A DNA stretch of 64,000 nucleotides. Source: Rotaria socialis (lineage: Eukaryota). The stretch is taken from NCBI GenBank assembly GCA_905331295.1, contig CAJNYD010000546.1:1-64000 (forward strand), given 5' to 3'. This document shows positions 49,480-63,127 of the stretch, one piece after another. The translations under genes and the position numbers were made by a program. A model generated the notes under the pieces. It had not been told where the DNA came from, ran no database searches, and saw only the letters and a program-made list of their open reading frames with translations. Every line of letters starts with the position of its first letter. The first letter of the stretch is position 1.

Positions 49480-50023
49480 ACGTGCTTGGACAGATTTTCT
49501 TATTTTCTCTTTATGATATTTGTTTTGTTTTTTTGATGTTGTTTTGTGTAAAAAATAAAAAAAATGATTTCGTTCGAAAGCAGAAATAGTATTCGGTTTT
49601 ATGGAACCTTCTCTAAATTGATTTCATTAGTGTTATTACGTCATAGATATAGGGAAAACGGTCGCTTCTACAACAATATATCGTCTTGTTCTATAGATAT
49701 AATTGAGCGTTGCGCACGATGTATCAAAATTTTTTTTTAGTAATCGATTTCACCATGTCATGTATTCTCACTCGTATTTCAAAAATCATAAGTGATAGGA
49801 TGATTCAGTAATATTAAAATTAAAAAAAAACTAAGGATTAAGTTTTCGTTGTTGAATGGTGACGAAGAATAAAATCTATTATCATATTGTTTTAATATAA
49901 TAGGTCTTTAAAGTCTAGTGGACAAAAAGTATTTTTATTTTGAAATCGCTTCACCATAATGATAGGCAAATAGTAGATGCGCTAGATGTACAACCGGTGT
50001 CAAAAACGATATACATTCTCACT

Positions 50024-50130
50024 CAGCGGCGGCGGAGCTATTAAGCCTGGGTAGACCCAAGCCTACCCTAGATTGGCGTAGGGTACGCTCAAGTCTAACA
50101 TAGATTCGAGGAGATTAGGTTTAGACAAAC
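50024..50130 (+). mobile_element. Left end of a hAT-like element
   Basis: CAGCGGCGGCGGAGC resembles the terminus of the 57020 MITE; CCTA/TAGG subterminal repeats; right end not found. Confidence 0.4.
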
Positions 50131-51650
50131 TTCAAATAGGGCACACCAAGGACTTGAAAGACTCGGTAAAATATAAAAATTTTCTATTAATGTGTACTTT
50201 CATATTTTTTCGACCAATGACACATTCTTAGATTGTCAGTCCATATTTCAGTTAGTTATAACTTTTCTTCATTGGCATATTTTTTTGAATTTCATTGGTG
50301 GGTAATTAGGTTGACATTGAGTTCTTTAGTCTTAGTATAAGATAGTTGAATTTCTTTTTCCAAAATTGTATTTAAAATAATTTTTGAATTTTATGTCTGC
50401 CACAAAAACAAAGTAAATTTTAGAGATTAATCGCAGCTTACTCGAGAAAATCGCCGGCTAGTAGCTGTAATAGAGCCGATTACTGAATCGGTAAAATTGA
50501 GATGTGGGTGTGGATGTGGTTGTAACTCTTTGTCCAGAAGAAGATCCTCAGGCCCCTGAACAAGCTTCTGCAACTGTATTTAACGCCGAAACATCATTTT
50601 TGCGTCCTTTTCAGCTAGCGACGCAGTTTCACCAAATAATCTTTCTTGTTACTTATATTTCTTTGTACTCTGTTGTCAGGAAGTTCTTGTAAAACCCAGA
50701 ACAAACATAGAAATCTTATAGGGTGATTATGACAAGGAATAATCCAAAAATATTTACCGTCTGGGGTATAAGTTGAAATGAGATATTTTAACAACCATTC
50801 AAAATATTATGTATTCTTCTAACGTATTTAAAGCGAATTGAAATGACATGTTACCATTATACTGCTTGTTGGGGTATTCTTCAAAGAAATCCACTTTCAT
50901 CAATCTCATTTGGCTGAAAATTCGAGAGGATTTACTGCAGGTATGGTGTAGAATTTTCTGAAATAACGCAATTTTGCATACTTTTACCAAAGAGTTCTCA
51001 AAATTTTCAAGCAAAAGAGTGAAATGACTGATGCCACCACTCACGATACAATTCGCATTTTCTGAATAAACTGCAGATTGTTCTTGAAGTCAACACATTT
51101 TCGTATAACAAAAATGTTTCGCTAATCTGATATGAGATCGACTTCTGAAAACAAATGAACGACGAATACATATTTCAGGGATTTTGCCGCTTTATCACAT
51201 TTCGTTTTTTTTGCGTTGCACATACCTTTTTGTAAACTACTGCGCTCCAGAATAATAATGTTATAGGTTAGGATCAAAGTTATAAAGGAACTGGGTCAGG
51301 ATTTTTATATTAGGCTAGCATTTTGTCAGCCTTTTCGGTTCGGTAATTTTGAAGTTTTAAAATTGGCCGAGTTCAGCAGAGTATTTCAATAGGCTGCCTA
51401 TCAACGTCCATACGTAGTGTATTTCACAACTATTTAACGATATACTCATATGGGAACTCTAGATAATCACCCATTCATAATCAATTTTTCGGAGCTTTGA
51501 GGAATGTCATGGATTTTAGAGATGCTCTATACCTTGCAATTAGCATTTATATCCATTATGGGCTACCCATACTATGAACCATTTGATTTCAATCTGAATT
51601 CACAAAAAACAAATGCACTTGATTTCAGAATGAAAATTGGTCCAAGTGGG

Positions 51651-51683
51651 NNNNNNNNNNNNNNNNNNNNNNNNNNNNNNNNN
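51651..51683. other. Assembly gap
   Basis: N run. Confidence 1.
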
Positions 51684-52265
51684 AGGTCTATAGAATTATT
51701 CATATGCATATAACTATAGACTCCATTTTAAGGATGGATGGATCTAGGGGACCTTTAGAATTAGGGTGTTCGTGTGTGTGTGTGTGAAGGGGAACATAAG
51801 AGAAAGCCACACCCATCCTCCAGATTCAAATTCGATTGACAAGCTTTTTCTATTATTATACAAATGTACATGATGGATTGGAGATCGGCAAGTCTATCAG
51901 ATGTTACTTAATTTGCTTCCTTTCTCATAATTTTTCATGGGTTAATTTACGACGCATTGCATTTACATTTTGTGATTGTGCAGACGGTAGACTGATTCTG
52001 GTCTAACTCAAGTCAACTGTAAGAAGAAAAAATATTTTTGACGTTCTGAATGATACCTTTAATAGTGAAAACATATTTTCAAGTTTAACTGTTTTGTTTC
52101 CTCGCCCTTTCCACTCTAAACGGTATAGTAGGCAAACAATCTATCTATATATAACTGTTTTTATTGCATATTATTTTTTTCCAACAGCAGTACTTGAAGA
52201 TGGCACGAACAATATAGGTTCTCTCTCTCCTGTTGACTAAACTGATATTCGTATTAACCTTCCAG

Positions 52266-54917
52266 ATACCACTTTCTCCGGACGCAGATGACTCGCAAAA
52301 TATGTCAACCATTTTAAATTTGCTGCCAGACAGTGAAATTGACACACAGTCTATATCTACACTAGCTGCTAGCCCCTGTTTTGCTCGTAGTGTTGTCAAT
52401 ACAAATATTTTAACATTGTTCAATTATAATGGCAGTCAAATCTATGTTTACAGCTCACTTGCTAACAGAGGTGTCCACAGGGCCAATTTTATTGTCCTGC
52501 CCTGCTAATTAAGAAGATTTTTTTTTCATATTCAAATTCAAGTTTAAGTAATCTTTTTTATTTGAAAAATAGTTCAGCAAATAATAAATTAGCGCTAATT
52601 GAAAAAGTGTATATGATGATATGGCATCACCACTGATGATCCATCAGTGGATCGACTTGTCCACGTAACCCGCTACTTCGCTGATCCAGTTTTAAGAATG
52701 TTTTGTTTCGATATAAACAGATCTCAGCGTATTTTCTGGTACAATTTTTTTACGCTGGTTGTGAATTTGGACTTTTTTTCTTTAAAAAAAATTGGGTTTT
52801 GGGATCGAAAATTAAGTTTTCATAAATTGCATTTTCAATTTTGTAACCAAGAAATTTAAAACGAAAATGCAGAGTAATATTGTTACAGTCATATGTTTAT
52901 TCCGTGACTCATCGACGTTTGTATACTCATTCCCTGACACATATTCCCCCTATATATACTCCTCTTTCTTCATTGATAAAGTTAGTTCCATCGTTATGGT
53001 ACTCATTCGTTATTAACATCAAGAAGGCACAGGGATCTCTAATAAATATACCATTCGATGCAGAATTTGATTCTTTACAAAGTGCCCTGTTAATTGTTTA
53101 CTCACATTCTTCAGGACAACTTCTGAGCGCTTGTACAGTTTCTAACTTACTATACAATTATTGAGCTCGTATTTTGGATGTAGCAACTAGATTTTTTTAC
53201 AGAAGGATATGCATGACAGTGATCAACATATAAACATTGAGTATTTTTAAGCATGTTAAGTGCTTCAAATTCGGTCGACAAAAAAACGNAGATTTTTTTT
53301 ACAGAAGGATATGCATGGCAGTGATCAACATATAAACATTGAGTATTTTTAAGCATGTTAAGTGCTTCAAATTCGGTCGACAAAAAAACGTGTCACAGCG
53401 TTATGTTTGGGTTTTGCATTTTTAATCTGAGCGAAAATAGTTTAGAAAAAATACTTTTTACTACTTGAAAGCCCGTTCAATTCTCTACAAAAACGTTACC
53501 ATAAGCATTTCATTTGAAGAAACGATTTGGCAACAAATTAGAGCTTTATAAGCAAACCTAGAAAAAAGGGTCCTTTTTTGTCAGTGTTACGCGATGATAA
53601 AACCTTTCTAAAAGCGTGAGAATTCAGTCGAACTAGACCATTCTTTCAACATTAATAGATTATGATACGCTGCGTCCAATGACGTTTGAACGACCTTATT
53701 AGCTCTTATACCTTTCGAGATAATTGCAAAACTATTTGTCAAAATATCACAGCATTACATTTGGACAAGGCGAGATATATTTAACGAAGAGAGAATAGAA
53801 ACTTCATTTTCATCACCAGGAGATATAGATGAAATATCAGCACATGAATCTATCGACGATGATAGCGATGCATAGTTTTATTGAAATAATAAGAACATCA
53901 ACAACTATTACAATTATATTTAAAATATATGTGCACTATTATCACTATTATGATTAATTTATTATTTTCTTTTGTTTTCTTACAAACTTGATTAGACCTT
54001 ATAGGGTCATCATACAAACACAAATATAACAATCTACTTACCCTTCTATAGCGATATCTGGATAGTTTTAGTTTCTTTCACGTTCCCGAGAAGAATAAAA
54101 TTGCTGTTATTTTCGAACTAAAGTAAGTATATGCAAAATTTGCAGGGCGTGAAGGTATAACCCTGCCCTGCCCTGTACAGGGCGGATCAATTTTTTAAAA
54201 ATTCGCCCTGTGTCCTGCCCTGTGGACACCTCTGCTTGCTAATGATGCCAATGCAGTTGTTACACCTCATAAATGGATTTTCTACTATGTTCCAATAATG
54301 GCACCAATGACTGAACCTAATTTACCTTGGGTATGGTCATGGAAAAATGAAGTGCGCGTAAAATTGTTACTTGGTGATTCTATGATTGAAGAAGTGGCAC
54401 ATAAAGCAATTGAAAAAAAAATACGATTTAAAACTAGCAGAGTATTCAAAATATTCGGATATTGCACCATTGATGATCGATTCGTTGACAGCTTATATTG
54501 TGGAAGGCAGTAGTTCACCTATTCTCGGTGTTGAACCATATCATGCTGTGCATCCAAATTCATTAGTTATGATATTTCGATTTAAATTTTCAACAGAAGA
54601 AAGAGCTCGTGAAATTGTTAAATTGCTTGATGAAGGAGAATATGAAATTGAAATTGCATTTCATTTTGCTGGTTTTCAAGAAGTGTCAACAAATTTCGTC
54701 TCTATAACTGGTGATCAAATAAAAGGTGTTTCAAGTAAAACAGCGGCTGACGGTGGAAATACAAACGCTGAATATATTCATCGTAGTCAAGCAACAAAAT
54801 TTATTAGCCTTTATAATGCAAATGTTCAAACGATGATCTATGTTGAAAGTACTGATTTCAATTCTCAAACATTATCTACTGGAATGCAAGAAACATTTAT
54901 TTCATTAATGAAACAAG
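52266..54917 (+). pseudogene. Hypothetical gene exon disrupted by a hAT insertion and a +1 frameshift
   Basis: Removing 52466-54234 plus one TSD gives ...YVYSSLANDANAVVTPHKWIFYYVPIMAPM.... Removing one A from A9 (54413-54421) continues IEKKYDLKLAEY... to the donor at 54918. Confidence 0.75.
52466..54234. mobile_element. Non-autonomous hAT element (~1.77 kb)
   Basis: Perfect 18-bp TIR CAGAGGTGTCCACAGGGC; 8-bp TSD CTTGCTAA (52458-52465, 54235-54242); GCCCTG subterminal repeats. Confidence 0.93.
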
Positions 54918-55025
54918 GTAAGTCCATCAACTTAGACTACACCTCGTGTAGAGTTTTTTTCTGAATATGTGAGTATATGATTTCAGGAAATTGTAGAAAT
55001 TCTGATATATGGATATGGACAACAT

Positions 55026-55344
55026 CCCAGGTCGTGGACGTACGGCGGGAAACGGCCGGAAAGCACAGGAAAGCGCTGGAAAGTGGAAGCAGTATTCCAG
55101 TTGGAAGTTACCGGATTTTCTTCCTGTAGATTCCGATCAACTTCCAGATGTAAAACACAGAAAACTGACCGGAAAACACAGGAAACTGACCGGAATCCAC
55201 AGGAAAAAAATCCGGTAACTTCCAACTGGAATACTGCTTCCAGTTTCCAGCGCTTTCCCATGCTTTCCGACCAGATACGGTGATTTTTCCGCATCTTTCC
55301 GGCCGGTTCCTACAGTATCCGTCCTCCGGAATCATTGACCTGGG
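55026..55344. mobile_element. CCCAGGTC-terminal MITE (CMC/EnSpm-like)
   Basis: TIR CCCAGGTC...GACCTGGG; 2-bp TSD AT; internal inverted and CCGGAA repeats. Confidence 0.8.
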
Positions 55345-55900
55345 ATAATGATATTCATGTATTCTAGATGAAAACTGATCAAGTTGTAAAGATGTGTTAT
55401 GCTGACTAATGTGATTGTTTATCTATTCATTTTAATCACTAATAGTCTTTAATCTAAATAAGATATTATCAGAAATATATACTGGGAAAAATATTTTCTA
55501 TTTTAGAATTAAAATGGACAATCATCCACAACTCAAAGAAACATTTTCGGCAGCAAAGTTTTTCAACGCTAGGGAACGGTATATGGTAATATTCCGATAT
55601 ATCATGAAGACAATAAAACGATTCACAGTACTTGAAGAGCAACAAGTAAGGGTGCAATTTCATTAAAAAGAAATTTCTTCTTTTTGTTTTAGTATTTGAC
55701 TATTTATCAGATAAATCATTTTAAAATTGTATGTAAATTTCGTAATCGTAGCGATTTCTTCATCGTTGCCATGCAAATAAATGAATATCGTGATTTATTC
55801 CAGGTGAACATCAATGATTATTACAATAAGAAGACCAAGTAGGTTTCATTTAAATATTAAAAATTCAATTTTCTAAAATATTGCTTCATTTTGTTTTCAG

Positions 55901-57620
55901 ATCAATGGTTCGATTACAAATGCTAATTGATGATCTGAGCAACAAAATCGATACCGTTATACATAATAGTGGACAAATGCTTTCTGCTGCTTCTTCTGTT
56001 CAATATCCAAGGCAATCAATTTTTCAACAAGAACAAATACCTAGTGCTTCATCAATTCGATATAATTCACCTAATTATGTTACAGAAAGTATGTATATTT
56101 GATCTCTTTTTGTTTCAATTAATTATCTTTATAATTGACTGGAAGCAACGCGTCCATTTATACAATTACAACAAACTCCATCTACTTATCAATCTGGTCG
56201 TACATTAGATCTCATTCAAGCAGCACCAGTCGTTGCTCAATCTCAAAATATATGGTTTCCATCAGCTAGTTCTACACAAGGACCTGTTGCTTCAGGTCTG
56301 TCTTCATTTCATTATAGAGAAGCTTATCCAAATAAAGTTAATTAAAATCAAACATACCATATTTATTCTTTATTTCTGAAGATTCACGTACGTGCAGTTC
56401 ATATTCATCAGCAACCATTGATCCACCTAGTATTTATTCTAATTAGCCATTACTTCAATCACAACATCTTCAATATCAGTCAGCAGATCAACAACGTTGC
56501 TATGGTAATGGACAAAATATTCCTGTGACAACCCTGGTTGAACGTGTACGCATCACTATCTACTGTCACCGTTGTGTGGAATGGTTGTTTCTGTTTGCTG
56601 TTCTTACTTATCATATCATTTGTTGTTAGCTAACATGTTACTCTCTCTTCTTATATATTCACCTAATGTTAATTACCGTATCGTGCGTCTATCACACATC
56701 ATACTCAATGTAATCGTATGCACTATAGAAGCATATATCACTAATGAGTTTATCTTATGTCTCGACCGTTCTTGTTCATATTCAATGTGTTCTGTTTCCT
56801 TTCTCTGTACAAGATATTCTCTCTCCTTCGCTCGTTCCACGATCGATATATAAAGAGTGGACGTGAGAGAAGAGAGAGACCATTCTTTTGGATAATAAAC
56901 TCCAGAATCGTTACAATTCCCTCTGAACAAACTTCATCAACTGGTACTTCAAATAATACTAATCGATCAACATTAACATCGGTTGCATTGGGTGCTGATT
57001 ACGGTAGCACTCCACCACTCAGTGGCGGCGGAGCCATTGAGACAGGTGAGGCTTGAGCCTCACCTAGTTTTCAGTAGATGAGGCTCAGCCTCACCTAGAT
57101 TTCGCAATATGAGACTCAGCCTCACTTGCTTTTGTACTGAATATTGCTATTTTCTTGTTCTTGCATCAGAGTAGAAGCAAAGAAAACTAGTTTTCGGTAT
57201 CTTCCAATCTTCTTTTTTTATACTGACCATTTTCATTTTTGCTGAAGTTCAATAAAAAAAAGACTTATTTACTACTTGATGTTTCATAAAATTCCACGGT
57301 AGCAAAAAAATATGATGAGCCTCACCTAGCTTAATGACGCTCCGCCGCCCCTGCCACCACTTGCACCCCAATATACATGGAATAGCGTTATACCAACTGG
57401 TTATGCTTATGGAACGCCTGCTGAATGGATTCCTAGTCCACAACAAGGATCATCACATCAAACAAATATACCACCTCAAATAAATGTTGCATCTAGTCTT
57501 AAGTTTGATTCATTTCAACTAATACGATCCCAACAACCATTATACGAAGAATCTCTTTATTATCGTCAACAATCTGAGCAAGAATTAAATGCAACAAAAC
57601 AGAACGATTACAATCCTTAA
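55901..57620 (+). pseudogene. Multi-exon Pro/Gln/Ser-rich coding remnant interrupted by a hAT MITE
   Basis: Exon-like segments from ~55901. The last exon reads through (YGSTPPLAPQYTWN...NDYNP*) once 57020-57353 and one TSD are removed. Confidence 0.55.
57020..57353. mobile_element. hAT-family MITE (334 bp)
   Basis: TIR CAGTGGCGGCGGAGC / GCTCCGCCGCCCCTG; 8-bp TSD CCACCACT (57012-57019, 57354-57361); AGCCTCACCT subterminal repeats. Confidence 0.92.
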
Positions 57621-58219
57621 ATATCTCTTTTTTCCTATATATACACATATAAGAGAATGTCTTTATTCTATGATTCACTTTCTTCTTTCTATCTCTTATT
57701 ATGTGATACTTATACACATACATCTATTGAAACACTAGATTTTTTTTCGTCATTATTATCCTTGTTATTTATCTTATCAAATTCTTCCATTGTCTTTTTC
57801 TCTCAAATTGATGTTCTGCTATCATTCTGAATATACAGAAAAAACTAAATAAATGATTTATTCAGTTGGAGCTATACTGTCATTATTGAAACAAGTAACA
57901 TGTATCGAAAAACGATACATCTGATCCTAGACTGACGACAATAAAATTATATTTTTCATTTAGATTTCCTTCAACAAGACCCACTACGTAAGTAAAATTG
58001 TATTTTTATAAAATTTTAATTTCATTTCAATTACTTCTCACGTATATGCATCAGTAGATAAGAATATTTTTATTTGTAACAATTAATGTTCTCCAGTAAC
58101 TATTTCGAACTATTTATCGTTCTCAATCATTTCTATTCCTTCACTCTCTCTAATATTAAAATTCAATGTAAATCCATCTGTTTTTGTCTATATTTTATTT
58201 TAATAGTAATTGATAATAA

Positions 58220-60320
58220 TCAACATATTAGCGTACGAGGAAAAAAGTCCTTGAGATGATCCGGAAATTTTGATTTGTTCAGAAAATATATGAAAACCAT
58301 TTTGGCACAATTACTTCGTGTTGTAGGTCTTCTAAAGTTTCGTGTAACATTTTTCACTAATCGATAGTCCATATTAACACGGATATCATTTGGTAAACAT
58401 GTTTTGGTGTCAAATAAAAATTGTTCATAATAATCTTTCTGAGCTTTAGAAAGATCAAGTTCAATAAGATAAGGATATTCAATGATTGGCAAATCTTGAT
58501 TTATATTTTTCGATTTTCTAAATTGTTTATTATTTTGTCGCTTATTATTTATTAAAGTTAATTTTTCCATAAATGGAAAGGATTGAGTAATTCGAAGAAA
58601 AAATTCATGTTCAAAAGAACGTTCATCAATTAGTGACACTCGACGAACCGAGTTAAATATTCCACCTCAAAAATTATTTGTTATATTATAGTAATTCTTC
58701 AATTTATACGGATATGAATAAATATGACATTGACTGTATTTATTTTCATGAAAATAATCGATAGAAGAAATGATTTGTTTATTTTCAAAATTTTTTAATG
58801 TTTCTTGAATATATTCATTAGACGGTAAATTATCTTGATTATAAAAATGAGTGGATGAATGAATATTAAATGTAAATTTTTTTAATAATGGCATATGATG
58901 AATAATATTGAATTTCAAATTATTACCGTCAATAAATGTGTTATCCGTCCAAACAAGAAGAGATAAATCAAGTTCTTCTAAACTCGGCATTCGATGTAAT
59001 AGTGGTAAAATTAATTGATAATAACCATCTGTTGTATCATCACAAAAAAGCGTAAACGATCTTAAATTAGATAATTTTTCCTAAATAAGATAACAATTAA
59101 TAATTTTTTGGATAAATTAAAATAATCTACCTTATTATTGAATATTAAACTCGAAAGTTCAATAAAATCAATCTTAACATGGAATATACGAAGCTGATCG
59201 AAACGTCCATCAAGCAAATGAAGACAATCATGAAATCTACTCAAACAAACATGTAAGTCTAATAAAGTCGAAGAAATAACAGTTGGAGGTGAAAGATCGA
59301 AGGATAAATGTTGATAACAAATTGAAGATGGGCCAATATTTAATATTCGTAAATTAGTAAATGTAGTAAATATACGCGTGAATAAAAGTGTATTTTCATT
59401 GCCTGTTAGACTTTGTTCTCCATTTGTATTAATATCGATAATAAGCGATGAAATTTGATTTTTGTAAGTACAAGTGAAGAAACATTCATCTAAAGGACGA
59501 AAAGATTAAAACATCATTGCGAATGTTTTCTTAAAGCTTATATTATTGTTTAAATATAGGACAAGTATTTTTTTTTAAATACTGAAATTTACATATGTGA
59601 TGATCTTTTTCTTTAACACTATTCAACAAATTACATTATCATAGATGTTATACTTTATCATAATCATCAATTCTTCTCATCTATCTTATTGCACATTTTC
59701 TTCTCACAAATGTATTCTTAAAAGTTTAAATTGAATACACAATATCAACGCTTATTTTGATATTTTCTTTTAGAAATTTTTATGTTCTCTGTGAATGAAC
59801 GATTTCTTTCATAGCAGTTATAAGTTGATTCAAATGAATTCACATGATATATAGCTATACTATATTTATCAGTGAAAGGATTGAAGTCAAATATCTTACC
59901 AGAAAAAATATTTATAGCTCTTTCTATATCAATATTATATAAACCAATTCCAGATAAATTAGGATAATATGTAGTACAAAGAATACGTTCCATTGATAAT
60001 TGTTCAAGATCAAGCCATTTGACTTTTTGATGAATTTCAGGTAAAATATGCAAACAAAAACGATTAAGTATCAGATCAGGTAATGGAAAAAAATAATTAA
60101 TTGACAAAGATGTTAGTTTAATCAAACGAATTGGTACACAGTGTAGCAAAGTCAAACGATTCGTAAACATAAAATCATATATTAGTTTATTTAAATTTCT
60201 ATTAACACCTGATAAAGAGTAAAGTAATGTAATATTGTCTAATTTTTTAAAAATAATCATAAGAATTTCATCAGGTAAATCAGTCAATCGAATAGATGAA
60301 CATTTCATGTTTATCCTCAT
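58220..60320 (-). pseudogene. F-box/LRR-like gene (lineage-expanded family) with an in-frame premature stop
   Basis: F-box LTDLPDEILMIIFKKL. Exons 60320-59900, 59489-59131, 59080-58220. TGA at 58669-58667 within NNF*GGIF, and the frame continues to the terminal stop. Confidence 0.82.
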
Positions 60321-61468
60321 TTATGAGTTGTTTGTAACATAGAAATATCAATATTTATATAGATATGCTCAACTATTCTATTTGACCTATCTCGTCAATA
60401 AATAAAAACAATGATAGGTTTATTTCTGTTGTCTCATTAGGCGATAAATAAACTTATGACTGATAAAATGATTTTTTTCTTGTTCACTTTTTTGTTTGTT
60501 TTGTTTAACATCTCTACTCATGTAATATAATACGTGAATAAACGTTTATTAGAATATCTCTTGATTGGTCATAGTGTAATATATACAATAACATAACGAT
60601 GATTTTATTCATACATATCCGAATTTACTTTTTGAAAATTCAAATGTTCTTTTCACACATTATCTCAAAAACTGAACAACCTGATCGTTTCAATAATCAT
60701 TTCTATTGAATTTTGACAAACTCTAGTTATTATCATAGATGATAGTGCAGTAGTTTTCGATTTGACTTATTTTTCACTAAAATAGAATCAGTGAATATTT
60801 ATCAGGTGTGATAAATATTTTCATCCAATGCGTTTTATATATGAATAATCTCATTCTCTTGCAACGACAATAAACAATTTTTACATAGTGAACTTTCGTT
60901 TTTCTTTTTATAACACAGTTATACAAGCTCTTGAAATAGGATATTATCAAATTTTATGATGGTTCTCTTTTTTCTTTTGTCTTTGTCATTGAAAATGTGA
61001 CACAGATTTCAGATAGCGTAAGTCTGAAAAATCAAAAAAAGTGCTGAAAATTAACTCTATGCTTAAAAAAATCGACAGTTAAAAGTCTAAAAAATAGAAG
61101 ATTTCGCAACTTTGTAACTGACTCACGTAGTTGTATAGTTTTATTTCTGATTCAATAACGACTGATGATTTAGCTGGAGAACATGAAATTTATTAGTCGG
61201 TTAAACATAATAATTCGCATTTAAGACAAAATCTGATGCTAAAACAACGAATTCGGTATTTTCGGCAAAACCCTTATCATCCAATATCAACTGATTAACC
61301 CTTTTAACAGTTGTCTACAACATAAAATTAAAATAAAATATTTATATCTCATGTTTCTTAACAGATGACTACCAAGAATAAAATAAATTACTTGTTGTTG
61401 TAGCTGTGAAAAAAAATGGAAATATTGCTCCGATACAGTAAAGGGTAAGAATATATATTCACTACAAC

Positions 61469-62182
61469 CATGGACTCCGATTAGTGGGGGGCTGTGGGGG
61501 TCAAGCCTCCCACAAAATTTAAGAAATAAAAATTTGTTTCTGAGAAAATTTTTCCTATATGTTGGGTTATTCGAAAAGTTTTGATATGCAGTACGTCTGT
61601 GTACCGTCAATTAAGATGTTTATTTTCTAGTAAAAATGTTGATTTATGCACTCTATTGTTAAATGAACATTCTCGTTCTGCAGTTATTCGTTTCTCATGG
61701 TGACTTCGCTGTTCATTTTTTATTCTTGCCAGAACTCTGTAATTTCTACCCTTTACTGCTGTCGAAAAATCTAGCCATTCTATTTATTTCTGCCAGGAAG
61801 TCTATTCCGTCTATTTGTAATTTCTGTCAGAAACTTTATTCATTCTAGTTTTTCTGCCAGAAAGTCTATTTGTAATTTCTGTGAACAATGTCCAGAATAG
61901 TTTCGATTATACCAAATACTAGCGACATTTGCAGTTGGTTCAAATGAAGCCGAACAAATGTTTAGCGCATTGCGACGAATAAAGTCCTGGTTGAGAAACC
62001 GATTAAGTGATAGTACAGTCGAAATCTTATTCAAATAATTTAACCTTGATATACAGCTAACTGATGATGGAATTGACTTCATCGTTCAAGATTTCATAAA
62101 AAATCCAGGACGTGCAAAATCACGAAATGTAAAATTATTTTTTGAATCTGATCAATTGGAACAGAAAAATGATGAGTTTTGA
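61469..62182 (+). mobile_element. Degenerate hAT transposon with a C-terminal dimerisation-domain remnant
   Basis: CATGGACTCCGATTAGTGGGGGG terminus. 61883-62182 reads CPE*FRLYQILATFAVGSNEAEQMFSALRRIKSWLRNRLSD, with stops. Confidence 0.75.
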
Positions 62183-62608
62183 AAAGCTTTTTGAAATATT
62201 ACTCTTTATCTGGCATCGCAGCGGCTCTCTCAAAAAATATAGGAATTCCTATATAGGATAGGTCTAAAATATATAGGATCGCCCTCAACTATATAGGAAA
62301 AATATAGGATGACAAATTGATTCCAGAAAAAGATTTAGACACCGAAAAATCACTGTAACAGCATTGAAGATGATAATGTGTTGTTTTTGCACGTATATCT
62401 AATCAACTAAATAAAAATATTATTGAGTTTTGAAAAGTAATGGAGCAGCAAGGTTTTCTTAAAACTTAAAAGAACTAATTTATGTTCGATTTATTTTCAC
62501 TATTGGACATGCATGCACTTTAGGGTGTGGGCGAGTTTCTGAACAAAATACTCACACCCAAACCCACACCTTTTTGGTATTCAGTCTTTTAGAATTTCAT
62601 AGTAAGCT

Positions 62609-62750
62609 ACATCAAATTTCATCGAAAAATAAGCATCCGTTCAGGAGTTATAACGTTGTGCATTTTTTTCAAATACTGCCAAGATTTTAGCAAAATTTCA
62701 AACCGTTATAACTCCTGAATGGATGCTTATTTTTCGATGAAATTTGATGT
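62609..62750. repeat. Foldback inverted repeat abutting the gap
   Basis: acatcaaatttcatcgaaaaataagcatcc.ttcaggagttataac and its reverse complement. Confidence 0.7.
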
Positions 62751-62850
62751 NNNNNNNNNNNNNNNNNNNNNNNNNNNNNNNNNNNNNNNNNNNNNNNNNN
62801 NNNNNNNNNNNNNNNNNNNNNNNNNNNNNNNNNNNNNNNNNNNNNNNNNN
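62751..62850. other. Assembly gap
   Basis: 100 N. Confidence 1.
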
Positions 62851-63127
62851 AAACGGACTCGTTTACGGTCTGTTTATCGATGGTAAACGATGTCAAAACG
62901 GTGTATTTACGGCAGTAAATAGACCGTATTTGCCCGTAATACCTGGCGCAGTAATACGGCACCGTAAACGGCACTGAATTTTCATGGTTTACAGCTGTTT
63001 GTGCTCCGTACTCTCATGATCATACGGTCCGTATTACTGCGCCAGATATTACGGCAAACTTTCGCCCGTAAAATAGTCGTAAAGTAACCGTCAACGGCCG
63101 TATACGGACCGTACTGTTCGACCTGGG
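62851..63127. mobile_element. Second copy of the 10807 MITE (left end in the gap)
   Basis: Near-identical to 10820-11096; ends TCGACCTGGG. Confidence 0.85.

Noticed and set aside
53189..53390. ~100-bp tandem duplication giving repeated ORF 53150-53383
   Set aside because: Separated by N at 53289; scaffolding artefact.
54983..55335. Four overlapping ORFs on both strands
   Set aside because: By-products of a GC-richer palindromic MITE.
61735..61885. Short repeats resembling a CRISPR array
   Set aside because: Degenerate tandem units without unique spacers, inside a hAT relic in a eukaryote.
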